A DNA stretch of 58,866 nt from a virus (taxonomy: Duplodnaviria > Caudoviricetes), in IMG/VR virus record IMGVR_UViG_3300037423_000489, positions 1 through 58,866 of that record. One strand, written 5' to 3'. The notes under the pieces were generated by a model. It saw only the letters and a list, made by a program, of their open reading frames with translations, was not told where the DNA came from and made no database searches. Shown here piece after piece: positions 20,959 through 29,328 of the stretch. The position numbers and the translations under genes are program-made. Each line of letters starts with the position of its first letter. The first letter of the stretch is position 1.

Positions 20959-20982
20959 AAACCCGCTTCGGCGGGTTTTTTT
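20959..20982 (+). terminator. Rho-independent terminator
   Basis: aaacccgc-ttcg-gcgggttt plus T-tract. Confidence 0.8.
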
Positions 20983-20997
20983 ATGCCTGGGGGATTG

Positions 20998-21366
20998 ATG
21001 GAAGTCATAAAACACTTGGTGGATGTATCGAAAGGGAAGCATCCGATTGGAACCGCCAGGTCTAGCAAGTGGCCAACGGTCAGAAAAAATCATCTCAAAG
21101 AACATCCTGCATGCGAGGTGTGCGGAGGTACTGATAAATTGGAAGTCCACCATATCCACCCATTCCATTTGCATCCTGCTCTTGAACTTGAGCCGACAAA
21201 CCTTGTGACGCTATGTGAAGCGAACAAGGGCGGCGTGAATTGCCATTTGCTGTTTGGGCACCTTGGCAATTTCAAGAGCTTCAATGTGGATGTTCTCGCC
21301 GATGCATCGCACTGGTCGGAAAAAATCAAATCGCGGCCGCTTGCAGATGCTGAGGTGACAGCATGA
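20998..21366 (+). CDS. HNH endonuclease-like protein
   Basis: CEVCG..LEVHHI..NLVTLC..CH motif. Confidence 0.85.
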   Translation: MEVIKHLVDVSKGKHPIGTARSSKWPTVRKNHLKEHPACEVCGGTDKLEVHHIHPFHLHPALELEPTNLVTLCEANKGGVNCHLLFGHLGNFKSFNVDVLADASHWSEKIKSRPLADAEVTA

Positions 21367-21668
21367 ATTATGTCGAAATTGGCTTGGCACTTTTCAGTCT
21401 TCTCATATCAGGCATTTGCACCGTACTTTGGCAAAAAATAAACAAGATCGAAGCAACGGCGGAAAAGGCAGCAAACGACCTTGCTGATTTCAAGTTGTAT
21501 GTCGCTAAAGAGCACCCTACGCAAGACCACCTCAGCAAAGCGATCGATGGATTCAATGAATCCATAAAGGAAATGACCAAGGGTTTGACCGAGATACGTT
21601 CTGATATTCAAAAAATGTCTGAAACATTCCGTGACAAGCTGGAGCAGAAGGTCGACAAGGGACACTGA
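21363..21668 (+). CDS. Membrane-anchored coiled-coil protein (holin/antiholin-like)
   Basis: N-terminal TM helix, coiled-coil tail; immediately before endolysin. Confidence 0.5.
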   Translation: MNYVEIGLALFSLLISGICTVLWQKINKIEATAEKAANDLADFKLYVAKEHPTQDHLSKAIDGFNESIKEMTKGLTEIRSDIQKMSETFRDKLEQKVDKGH

Positions 21669-22129
21669 TGACGCCACAAGAATTCAATGCCGCACTCGAA
21701 ACAGACCTGCGCCGCGATGAGGGTGTTCGATACAACATCTATCCTGATTCAAAAGGCATTCCAACTGTCGGCATCGGGCATAACTGCAAGGCGTTTCCAC
21801 TCCCAAAGGTATGGAAATGTCCTCTTAGTGACAACCAAGTAGATCAACTCTTTGCACAAGACTTGCAGGTAGTTTTTACCGTCCTTGACCATAACCTTCC
21901 ATGGTGGCGATCAATGGATGACGTGCGACGCCGAGTCATCGCGAATATGTGCTTCAACCTCGGAATCACCAGACTTTTGGAATTCCATCATGCCATCGCT
22001 GCAATGCAGGCAGGGGATTACCAGAATGCTGCAGCAGAAATGAAAAACTCATCTTGGTACAGCGAAGTCGGCGAAAGAGCGGTTCGGCTTTGCGATGCCA
22101 TGCAAACCGGCGCCATGCCATTAACCTGA
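21668..22129 (+). CDS. Endolysin, GH24 / T4-lysozyme-like muramidase
   Basis: Catalytic E-x8-D-x5-T (DEGVRYNIYPDSKGIPTVGIG), NMCFNLG, SSWYSEVGERA. Confidence 0.92.
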   Translation: MTPQEFNAALETDLRRDEGVRYNIYPDSKGIPTVGIGHNCKAFPLPKVWKCPLSDNQVDQLFAQDLQVVFTVLDHNLPWWRSMDDVRRRVIANMCFNLGITRLLEFHHAIAAMQAGDYQNAAAEMKNSSWYSEVGERAVRLCDAMQTGAMPLT

Positions 22130-22139
22130 AGGAAACGAT

Positions 22140-22706
22140 ATGAACCAGACATCTAGTTTCATTACTGGAGGCGCAGCATTTACTGCCGTCTCTCTTTCCC
22201 CATTGGTCAGCTGGCTGATCAACGGATTTATCAACGGCTTTATCGCACCGCTACCTGATAACGTCACCAATGTAATTGCGGCATTGCTTTTGATGATCGC
22301 GCACGGCGTGTGGAACATCGTGCAAGCGAAATCCGGCACGAAGCCAGATGCGCCACAGGCTCCCGAAAATTCGCAGGGAGGATTCGCAACAGGCGGTTTT
22401 TTGCTCACCCTGTCGTTCCTGTCTGTATTGGCGCTTTCTTCCTGCACGACTACCCAATCTACCAAGCAGGGCTACGTACAGTCATGCGCGGCATACAACG
22501 CAGCATTCAGTGCAGCGCTTCAACTACGCATAGAAGGCAAGTTGAACAAATCGGAGATCGATTCGATCTCGTTGCTCGACTCGCAAATTACCCCAATCTG
22601 TACCGGCAAATTGCCAACCGATCCGGAAGCGGCAACGCAGCAAATCACAGCAGCAGTTACCACACTGACCATTCTCGAAGCAGCCAAGAAAGCGAGCCAA
22701 AAATGA
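22140..22706 (+). CDS. Membrane protein with internal lipobox (holin-like plus lipoprotein-like parts)
   Basis: Two N-terminal hydrophobic helices, polar linker, third hydrophobic stretch ending LALSSC. Confidence 0.55.
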   Translation: MNQTSSFITGGAAFTAVSLSPLVSWLINGFINGFIAPLPDNVTNVIAALLLMIAHGVWNIVQAKSGTKPDAPQAPENSQGGFATGGFLLTLSFLSVLALSSCTTTQSTKQGYVQSCAAYNAAFSAALQLRIEGKLNKSEIDSISLLDSQITPICTGKLPTDPEAATQQITAAVTTLTILEAAKKASQK

Positions 22707-23011
22707 CCACAACGACCGATACCTTCGTGAATACCGCTGTTCAGACAACTGAGGCTCTGCTGCCAGCGATTCTGGCTGCGGCCGGCGTAGCCAATCCTGC
22801 ATTGACCAGTGCCGCGCAGATTGCGCCGGCTGTCATCTCTGCTTTGCAGCTTGCCGCGACATTCCAGAAGTCCGGCTTCATGACGGCTGACCAGCTTGCT
22901 AGCCTGTTCGCCAGCATTGGCCAAGGTGTGCAATCGACGCATGATAAATGGGCGGCGATGAATGCTGCTGATAGTGGCATGCCTTCCACGTTGAAGCCAC
23001 AGGCCGCGTAA
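22703..23011 (+). CDS. Ala-rich hypothetical protein in lysis region
   Basis: ATGA overlap with upstream gene; stop overlaps next start. Confidence 0.6.
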   Translation: MTTTTDTFVNTAVQTTEALLPAILAAAGVANPALTSAAQIAPAVISALQLAATFQKSGFMTADQLASLFASIGQGVQSTHDKWAAMNAADSGMPSTLKPQAA

Positions 23012-23382
23012 TGAGCGCATTCGGTAGAAAACTTCGACTTGCAGAAGGTGGAATCTATCTTTTCTGGTGTCCAGGATGCAATCAAGGACACCACGTAAGG
23101 ATAGGGCCGAATGGATGGACATTCAACAATGACGGTGACAGGCCGACATTTTCACCTTCAGTACTTGTTACTGGAACCAAGTTCACTGAGAAGGGCGAGT
23201 CAGAATATCAGCAATGGTGCAACGATGGTTATCCAAATTTAGGTGGAAAAGCCTTTGATCACATGAAAACCGTATGTCATAGCTTTGTGACTGATGGGCG
23301 CATTCAATTTCTCAATGACTGCACACATTCCTTAGCTGGGCAAACGGTCGATCTGCCAGATTTTGACGAGAGTCCAATATGA
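23011..23382 (+). CDS. DUF6527-like metal-binding protein
   Basis: FWCPGC..H..WTFN..PTFSPSV..CHSFVTDGRIQFLNDCTH. Confidence 0.75.
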   Translation: MSAFGRKLRLAEGGIYLFWCPGCNQGHHVRIGPNGWTFNNDGDRPTFSPSVLVTGTKFTEKGESEYQQWCNDGYPNLGGKAFDHMKTVCHSFVTDGRIQFLNDCTHSLAGQTVDLPDFDESPI

Positions 23383-23741
23383 GTGCCTTTCTCACGAAGC
23401 TCTGCATGGAAAATGCAGATGATCAAGACGATGGCGAATGGCAGCTTGCTCTGCCGCTTCGCTATCGGTCTGACGTGGCAAACCGCATCATCGAAGTGCC
23501 TGCAGGGTTCCATACCGATCTTGCGAGCGTCCCGCGCTGGCCGGTTATTTACTTGCTCACTGGCGATACGAGCACGGAAGCAGCTGTAGTCCACGATTAT
23601 CTGTATTCAACGCATATCGTCAAACGCTCGGTAGCTGATGCAGTATTGCGCGAGGCGTCGAAAGTGACAGGTGTCCCGGCATGGCGACGCTGGGCGATGT
23701 GGGCTGCAGTCCGTGCATTTGGTGGTTCGCACTGGAGATGA
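23379..23741 (+). CDS. DUF1353-family protein
   Basis: VPAGFHTDLASVP, AAVVHDYLY, AVRAFG motifs. Confidence 0.85.
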   Translation: MSAFLTKLCMENADDQDDGEWQLALPLRYRSDVANRIIEVPAGFHTDLASVPRWPVIYLLTGDTSTEAAVVHDYLYSTHIVKRSVADAVLREASKVTGVPAWRRWAMWAAVRAFGGSHWR

Positions 23742-23950
23742 CCATGGACGAAGCAGACCGCTCTGATGAAAAGATCATGAACGCCGTGAATGACGCTGTG
23801 GAGCAGTTGCGTCGCGCGCCGGCGCTGGTGCCGAAAGGAACTTGTTGGTTTTGTGATGCGCCAGTATCTGGCAACCTTCGATTTTGTGATCGCGATTGCT
23901 GTGACGATTTCCAATATGAAGAGGAAGCGCTAAAAAGAGCGGGGCGATAA
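23738..23950 (+). CDS. Small zinc-finger protein (TraR-like)
   Basis: MDEADR N-terminus; CWFC..RFCDRDC; GGAG RBS. Confidence 0.7.
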   Translation: MTMDEADRSDEKIMNAVNDAVEQLRRAPALVPKGTCWFCDAPVSGNLRFCDRDCCDDFQYEEEALKRAGR

Positions 23951-24192
23951 TGGTCACATCCAGAAGAAAAAAGACAGAGAAGGAAGTGCAGTTTTCATGC
24001 GCTAACTGCAAACATAGGTTCTTGCTTCCTTCTTCTGAAAAGCGCCCTATGGAGAAGGACATTGCAGAATGTCGCCGTTTCCCGATGGTTTTCGTTCCAG
24101 TCGTTGAATCAGAGGATGGTGGCATGTGGGTCAGTCCACCGGCACCGAGTGACTTTCTTTGCGGCGAACACGTCTTGAAGTATAACAGCTAG
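23950..24192 (+). CDS. Cys-rich hypothetical protein
   Basis: CANCKH..ECRRFP..CGEH pattern common in phage small proteins. Confidence 0.65.
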   Translation: MVTSRRKKTEKEVQFSCANCKHRFLLPSSEKRPMEKDIAECRRFPMVFVPVVESEDGGMWVSPPAPSDFLCGEHVLKYNS

Positions 24193-24202
24193 GGGCTTTA
24201 TC

Positions 24203-25378
24203 ATGATCCCGACCTATATCGATCCACGCTTGAAAGACTATGCAGCCGGCAGACAGTTGAAATATCTTGAAGCCGTCGAAAAGCATGGAAGCGGCGGCGC
24301 GGCGGCGAAGGTCTTGGGAGTAGCCAAAACAACCATCAACGAGGCGATCAAGGCTGTCAAGCGCAAGGCCGCGAAAATGGGATATAGCCCCGACCACGAT
24401 ATGCTGCGGACGGTGCCGGATGGCTATATGGTGCGCGGCGTATCGACATATTACGACAAGGACGGCAAGCCAACAGCCCAATGGGTAAAAAGCCAGGTCG
24501 ATCAAGAGCGCATGGAGGCGATCATGCGCGAGGCATTTTCCGCGATGTCAGATGAATTGCCACGACAGAAATCGATTGCCACGCCCAAGAACACGATCGA
24601 TGCGCTTTGCAATTTGATCGTTTTCACGGACTACCATCTCGGGCAGTTATCCTGGGGAAAGGAAAGCGGTGCAGATTGGAACTTGAAGATCGCGGAGAAG
24701 CTGCTGACGGACAGTTTTGTGTACATGATCGAAGCGGCGCCACAGGCGAAATCATGCGTCGTTTGTCTGCAGGGTGACTTCCTGCACACCGATGGCCTAT
24801 TGCCACTCACACCCGCGCATAAGAACGTGCTCGATGCAGACAGTCGGTTCTCGAAGATCATTGCTTCAGCCATTAGAGTTATTCGCGTCTTGGTCAATCA
24901 CACGCTGGCAAAGCATCGCTCTGTGCACTTGATCATCTGTGAAGGGAACCACGATGAGGCTAGCTCAATCTGGCTCAGGCAGATGTTCACGGCGCTGTAT
25001 GAGAAAGAACCGCGTATCACCATCAACGATTCAGAATTGCCGTTCTATGTTCATCAGCACGGCGAAACAATGCTGGCTTTTCATCATGGACATAAAGTGA
25101 AAAACGAGCAATTGCCCATGCTCTTTGCTGCACAGTATTCGAAAATATGGGGCGAGACAACCAAGCGATACGCGCATTGCGGTCATAGGCACCACGTAGA
25201 CGAAAAAGAATACGCCGGCATGACCGTAACCCAGCATCCAACATTGGCGGCAAGGGACGCCCACGCTGCGCGCGGCGGCTGGATTTCAGAGAGAGCAGCA
25301 GCTGTGATCACCTATCACAAAAAATTCGGCCAGGTAGCGAGGACGATTGTTTGCCCTGAGATGTTCGGATCGAAATAG
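24203..25378 (+). CDS. HTH plus calcineurin-like metallophosphoesterase
   Basis: N-terminal HTH (GSGGAAAKVLGV); DYH, GDFLH, GNHD, HHGH, GHRH motifs. Confidence 0.85.
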   Translation: MIPTYIDPRLKDYAAGRQLKYLEAVEKHGSGGAAAKVLGVAKTTINEAIKAVKRKAAKMGYSPDHDMLRTVPDGYMVRGVSTYYDKDGKPTAQWVKSQVDQERMEAIMREAFSAMSDELPRQKSIATPKNTIDALCNLIVFTDYHLGQLSWGKESGADWNLKIAEKLLTDSFVYMIEAAPQAKSCVVCLQGDFLHTDGLLPLTPAHKNVLDADSRFSKIIASAIRVIRVLVNHTLAKHRSVHLIICEGNHDEASSIWLRQMFTALYEKEPRITINDSELPFYVHQHGETMLAFHHGHKVKNEQLPMLFAAQYSKIWGETTKRYAHCGHRHHVDEKEYAGMTVTQHPTLAARDAHAARGGWISERAAAVITYHKKFGQVARTIVCPEMFGSK

Positions 25379-25395
25379 CGCAACGGAGGTGTCAC

Positions 25396-25593
25396 ATGCA
25401 AGAACCAAGCAAATGCCAGTGCGGCAAGACACCGACCATCGATATTCGCCATGTGCCACACGGCCACATAATACAAGTGAAATGCCCATGCGGAAACAAA
25501 GGCATTGAGGCGCTCTACAAGCTAGAATCCGATCTTCAGAGAACGATCAAATCCGCTATCGATGCATGGGACATCATGAATATCCCGCTCTGA
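25396..25593 (+). CDS. Small Zn-ribbon protein (Lar-like)
   Basis: GGAGG RBS; CQCG..CPCG..AIDAW. Confidence 0.55.
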   Translation: MQEPSKCQCGKTPTIDIRHVPHGHIIQVKCPCGNKGIEALYKLESDLQRTIKSAIDAWDIMNIPL

Positions 25594-25611
25594 TAGTGCC
25601 ATAATGGGCAC

Positions 25612-25827
25612 ATGAAAATCCCACGCTGTAACCGCCCAGGCTGCCAACCGCATTACCGGCAGCGCGGCTTCACATCAGATACCCACGAAATATCGTGCGG
25701 CCAAACCGGCTGCTTGCGAAAAGTGTCAGAATCGACACAGGAGCAGGCCGTCATCAAATGGATTGAGCTGATCAACAAGCCATTGCCATCGGATTCATCA
25801 AGAGAGCGGTTCGATGACGGATGGTGA
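25612..25827 (+). CDS. Small Cys-containing protein
   Basis: C..C..C..C then AVIKW, similar layout to upstream ORF. Confidence 0.45.
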   Translation: MKIPRCNRPGCQPHYRQRGFTSDTHEISCGQTGCLRKVSESTQEQAVIKWIELINKPLPSDSSRERFDDGW

Positions 25828-25928
25828 TCAATCCGACATATCGTCTTCATCATCAATCCATGTGCGCTTCGTAGGCTTGAGCCAATACGCTGCTAGAAGT
25901 AAAACGCCAAGACCTAAAATCACTTCAG

Positions 25929-26882
25929 TCATTGAAACACCTCATCCATCAATTGTGCAAGCGAGCCGTTATAGGTAGCTTCGCGCAGCCCAGCATTCGG
26001 CACGCTGATACCAACCTGTGACAGATTTGAATAAAGAATGCGCACCTGGCCGTTGAACTCCACCAGATCGACATCCGATGCATTCATCGCCGGATCGCCG
26101 CCATCTAGTGGGGAAATCATTGTCTTGGCCGAGAATTGCCAATGGATCAAATCGGTTGAACGTGAAACATTGGTTGCGTAATAAGTGCCTGTGGCCGATG
26201 GATAGGCAGAAAGGAAGATCAAGTAGTAATAGCCGCCTGAATAACGAATCGTCGGGCATGCCGTGTAATAGCCGATTTCGTACTGGCTGCCTACATCCGA
26301 CCAGTGCACCAGATCAGACGACTGCGCAAATCGCGCATTGAAGCAGACAGCGCCCTGATCGCATACCTCATAGGTCATCGTGTAGCCGTTTGGTGATGTT
26401 GTGACAGAGGTGTTGAATACATGTCGTCCTGCCTGCGCTGAAAGCACGACCGTGCTGGGCGTCCAGGTAACTAGATCCGTGGTAGATGTCATGCTGATCT
26501 GCGTCCGGTTTGTCGTGCCGAACACGTACAGCGTGCCATTGCTGACGATCGCCGAGACAAATTGCAGATTGGCTAAGGTATCGGATAGCAGCGCGGCATC
26601 CGATTGGCGATAAACGACCAGGTGAACGCCGGCAGAATCTGGGCGCGTGCCGACATATAGCAGGTCATTGTTGAACACGACAGGCGTCGCTTCCATGCCC
26701 GATATGGCTGGAAACAGGTTGCCTTTTTGGATCGATGCAAGGGTCGTTGTTGATGCCGTTCGATAGGATGGTGAGGGGCCGCTGTCGGAGCCACCGCCGC
26801 CGCCACATGCCGCTAAAGATAAAGCCAGAAGTACGGTGTAAATCCTGTGTAAATAGAGATGCTTTTTGTCATTTATTGTCAT
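25929..26882 (-). CDS. Lipoprotein with glycosidase-like beta-propeller (moron)
   Basis: Lipobox LAAC plus Gly linker; three S/T-x-DL-x-x-W repeats (TTDLVTW, SSDLVHW, STDLIHW). Confidence 0.75.
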   Translation of the reverse strand: MTINDKKHLYLHRIYTVLLALSLAACGGGGGSDSGPSPSYRTASTTTLASIQKGNLFPAISGMEATPVVFNNDLLYVGTRPDSAGVHLVVYRQSDAALLSDTLANLQFVSAIVSNGTLYVFGTTNRTQISMTSTTDLVTWTPSTVVLSAQAGRHVFNTSVTTSPNGYTMTYEVCDQGAVCFNARFAQSSDLVHWSDVGSQYEIGYYTACPTIRYSGGYYYLIFLSAYPSATGTYYATNVSRSTDLIHWQFSAKTMISPLDGGDPAMNASDVDLVEFNGQVRILYSNLSQVGISVPNAGLREATYNGSLAQLMDEVFQ

Positions 26883-27040
26883 GTCTCGTCGCTAAATAAG
26901 TTATTAAATTCAATAACTTAGAGTGACGTGATATTATTTACTTGCCTTCACACGGCACTGCTAAGTCGTTATTTCATGCGGGTTTTCAGCGTTTCTGTGT
27001 AAATCTTTGTGTAATTTACGCTGAAACTTGAAAGTTTACA
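26836..27040. other. attP: core TGCCTTCACACGGCA (26943-26957) with arm-type repeats
   Basis: Core is a tRNA anticodon stem-loop (CAC); GTGTAAAT at 26836, 26847, 26997 and GTGTAATT at 27009; AT-rich IHF-like spacer; next to integrase. Confidence 0.75.
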
Positions 27041-27050
27041 AGGTTTATTT

Positions 27051-27127
27051 GGGCGGTTAGCTCAGTTGGTTAGAGTGCTGCATTCACATTGCAGAGGTCG
27101 CAGATTCGAATTCTGCACCGCCCACCA
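27051..27127 (+). tRNA. tRNA-Val(CAC)
   Basis: Full cloverleaf: GGGCGGT/ACCGCCC acceptor, CTGCA-TTCACAT-TGCAG anticodon arm, GCAGA-TTCGAAT-TCTGC T arm, encoded CCA. Confidence 0.93.
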
Positions 27128-28069
27128 TCATTTACCAAACGCCTTCTGCAACGCCTTCCTTTGTTGCTCGACTTCAATGTGCGCATAGCGCTCTGTCATC
27201 TTTGGCGTGCTATGTCCTAAAATCTTCCTGATCACTTCCAGTGGCACGCCTGATTTAATTAACAGCGATGCTGTGCTGTGACGGAGATCATGAAAGTTCA
27301 CGTGCTCCATGCCTGCCGATTTTCTGGCGCGCTGGAATCCTGATTTCAAGCCTTCCGCCGTGATTGGAAGCGGCAAGTAATTCAACCAAGGCCGCAGCTG
27401 CTTTGTGATTGGCACTGTGCGCCGCCTCAATGTTTTTGTGTTGCCTGACAAAATGGTGATTTCATCATCGCCAATTTCGGCTTCATTCAATTTCAGGATT
27501 TCGCCGCGCCGCATGCCGGTGTAGACGGCAATCCAGATAGCGGCGCGCACATTCATGCTTGCTCTATCAGCAATTTTCTTTACCTGTTCAATAGACAGAT
27601 ACACTTCACGATGGTTGTTCTCGGGCAGGCGCTTTACACGCTCACCATAATTTATGGAGATGATTTCTCGATCAAATGCAAGCGACAATCCTTTTTTGAT
27701 TGTGCCAAGTGTTCTGTTAATTGTGGCAGGCTTCAATCCCTCTTTGAGTAAACCGTCAATCATTAGCACAGCGCATTTCTTGAACTCGCTGGCACGATAA
27801 CCAACTATCCATTTTTTTGATCTGATGGCATGTAATTCTGCGCTCTCAGGGCTGCGCAAATTCTTTGCATGCTCCATATACAAGTCCATTATCTCAATCA
27901 ATGTTGGATCTGCCGAATATTTACGTGCTTTCAGTGATTGGATTATTTCGGCCTTGATAGTTTCTGCTTCTGTCTTTGTTCCGCCCTTTGGCAAGCGTCG
28001 ATGAACGCGCTGCCGGTCGATGCATACGTTGACATGCCAGTATCCCTCTTTGTCTTTAGTGATAGACAT
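27128..28069 (-). CDS. int: Tyrosine integrase
   Basis: YTGMRRGE, K, FHDLRH, LGH, YAH catalytic residues. Confidence 0.95.
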   Translation of the reverse strand: MSITKDKEGYWHVNVCIDRQRVHRRLPKGGTKTEAETIKAEIIQSLKARKYSADPTLIEIMDLYMEHAKNLRSPESAELHAIRSKKWIVGYRASEFKKCAVLMIDGLLKEGLKPATINRTLGTIKKGLSLAFDREIISINYGERVKRLPENNHREVYLSIEQVKKIADRASMNVRAAIWIAVYTGMRRGEILKLNEAEIGDDEITILSGNTKTLRRRTVPITKQLRPWLNYLPLPITAEGLKSGFQRARKSAGMEHVNFHDLRHSTASLLIKSGVPLEVIRKILGHSTPKMTERYAHIEVEQQRKALQKAFGK

Positions 28070-28236
28070 TTTTCCCTCGATTTAAGCCAGTTCATTACAG
28101 ATTCTAAACTGTATACTTTCTTCCTTTTTCCTGTAGGAATGAATGGAAGGCCTTCTTTCTCAAGGCGCTCGACTTGCCTTGAACTGACATGCAAAGTATC
28201 GGCAACTTCCTGTTTAGTTAAAAAAACTGCGCTCAT
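27943..28236 (-). CDS. xis: Excisionase-like HTH protein
   Basis: FLTKQEVADTLHVSSRQV..GLP MerR-like HTH; overlaps int 5' end. Confidence 0.75.
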   Translation of the reverse strand: MSAVFLTKQEVADTLHVSSRQVERLEKEGLPFIPTGKRKKVYSLESVMNWLKSREKCLSLKTKRDTGMSTYASTGSAFIDACQRAEQRQKQKLSRPK

Positions 28237-28318
28237 TTCCCTCTCCACCTAAAAATCCACTCAACCACCAGCCATCCAACCAGAGCCAACAGAGACACCC
28301 ATATTGGAACTGTTTGCA

Positions 28319-28534
28319 TTATGTGTCTCGCTCATCCATATACACATCACCATTCCACGCACGCCCAGCAGCATCACGCGGCCATGTTCCACCTAGCTTC
28401 TTGCGCGCCTCATAGCTTGGTCCTTGTGCACCACAATTGCCGCACTCGCCGTGATACGAGTGCCCAAATACGCCGAGTTCAACACTGACATCTGTTGATC
28501 AGCAAAACGGACATGCTCGTAGTTTTTCGCTCAC
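28319..28534 (-). pseudogene. Lar-like Zn-ribbon gene with in-frame TGA at codon 12
   Basis: Hand translation MSEKLRACPFC*STDV..CGNCGAQGP..AWN; TGA at 28499-28501. Confidence 0.7.
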
Positions 28535-28589
28535 TTCACACCCCACGCTTCCTTCGATTTTGCGATTACCTTCATAGCTTGTTGGATCA

Positions 28590-28763
28590 TCATTGTCCTT
28601 CCGGCCAAACAAGTGCATCAGCCTTACCGCGTAATACAAGCCATGCAGACTTCCACCTGTTTATAGAAGGCCCGCGTTCCGGCCTAGCTGGCACCCACTT
28701 GCCATTGATTTGTACGGAGCATGTACTTATGCTTGCTATGAGTTTTTGAAGTGTCCAAGTCAT
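28590..28763 (-). CDS. Hypothetical protein (57 aa)
   Basis: Hand translation MTWTLQKL..INGKWVPARP..AWLVLRGKADALVWP; AAGGA RBS. Confidence 0.65.
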   Translation of the reverse strand: MTWTLQKLIASISTCSVQINGKWVPARPERGPSINRWKSAWLVLRGKADALVWPEGQ

Positions 28764-28790
28764 ATCATTCCTTCCGTTGTGCTGCTTCAG

Positions 28791-29273
28791 TCATGCTGCC
28801 AATTTCTCTTTCGTGTTCATGAATGTTATCCAGTGCGTGTTTGCCTGCTTGCCTGACTTGTGACCGAATAGCGGCCGCCGATCTGTCAGGGCTAAAATCT
28901 CGCTGGTTTTGATTTGGACTTCTGCCCATTTAAAAATAAGAATCCCATCCTCTTCCAACACGCGAAAACACTCAGAAAATCCAAGCCGCAAGTCTGTTCG
29001 CCAATCTTCGCCAAGTACGCCGTATTTCTTTGCAAGCCAGCTATTTTTACCAGCCTTCATCAAATGTGGCGGGTCAAACACAACCAGCTTAAAACTGCCA
29101 TCGTCAAACGGCATCTTTCTGAAATCAATATTCATGTCTGGCTTGATTTCCAATGCGCGACCGTCACACAGGATATGATCTTCGCTTCGAATGTCACCAA
29201 ACAGAACACCTTGATTCTCAGGATCGAACCAGAACATGCGACTTCCGCAGCATGGATCGAGAATCTTTTTCAT
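28791..29273 (-). CDS. SAM-dependent (probably DNA amino-) methyltransferase
   Basis: ILDPCCGSRMFW SAM motif and VVFDPPH catalytic-type motif; GGAG RBS. Confidence 0.85.
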   Translation of the reverse strand: MKKILDPCCGSRMFWFDPENQGVLFGDIRSEDHILCDGRALEIKPDMNIDFRKMPFDDGSFKLVVFDPPHLMKAGKNSWLAKKYGVLGEDWRTDLRLGFSECFRVLEEDGILIFKWAEVQIKTSEILALTDRRPLFGHKSGKQANTHWITFMNTKEKLAA

Positions 29274-29328
29274 TAAGGCTTCTCCCGTCCTTGTATCTGA
29301 GATTCTGCGATTGCGGCTGCTGCGCGTA

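Noticed and set aside
22310-22702. Upstream extension of ORF 22310-23011 as a nested Rz1-like gene
   Set aside because: No lipobox in that frame; the ATGA-coupled start at 22703 is more plausible
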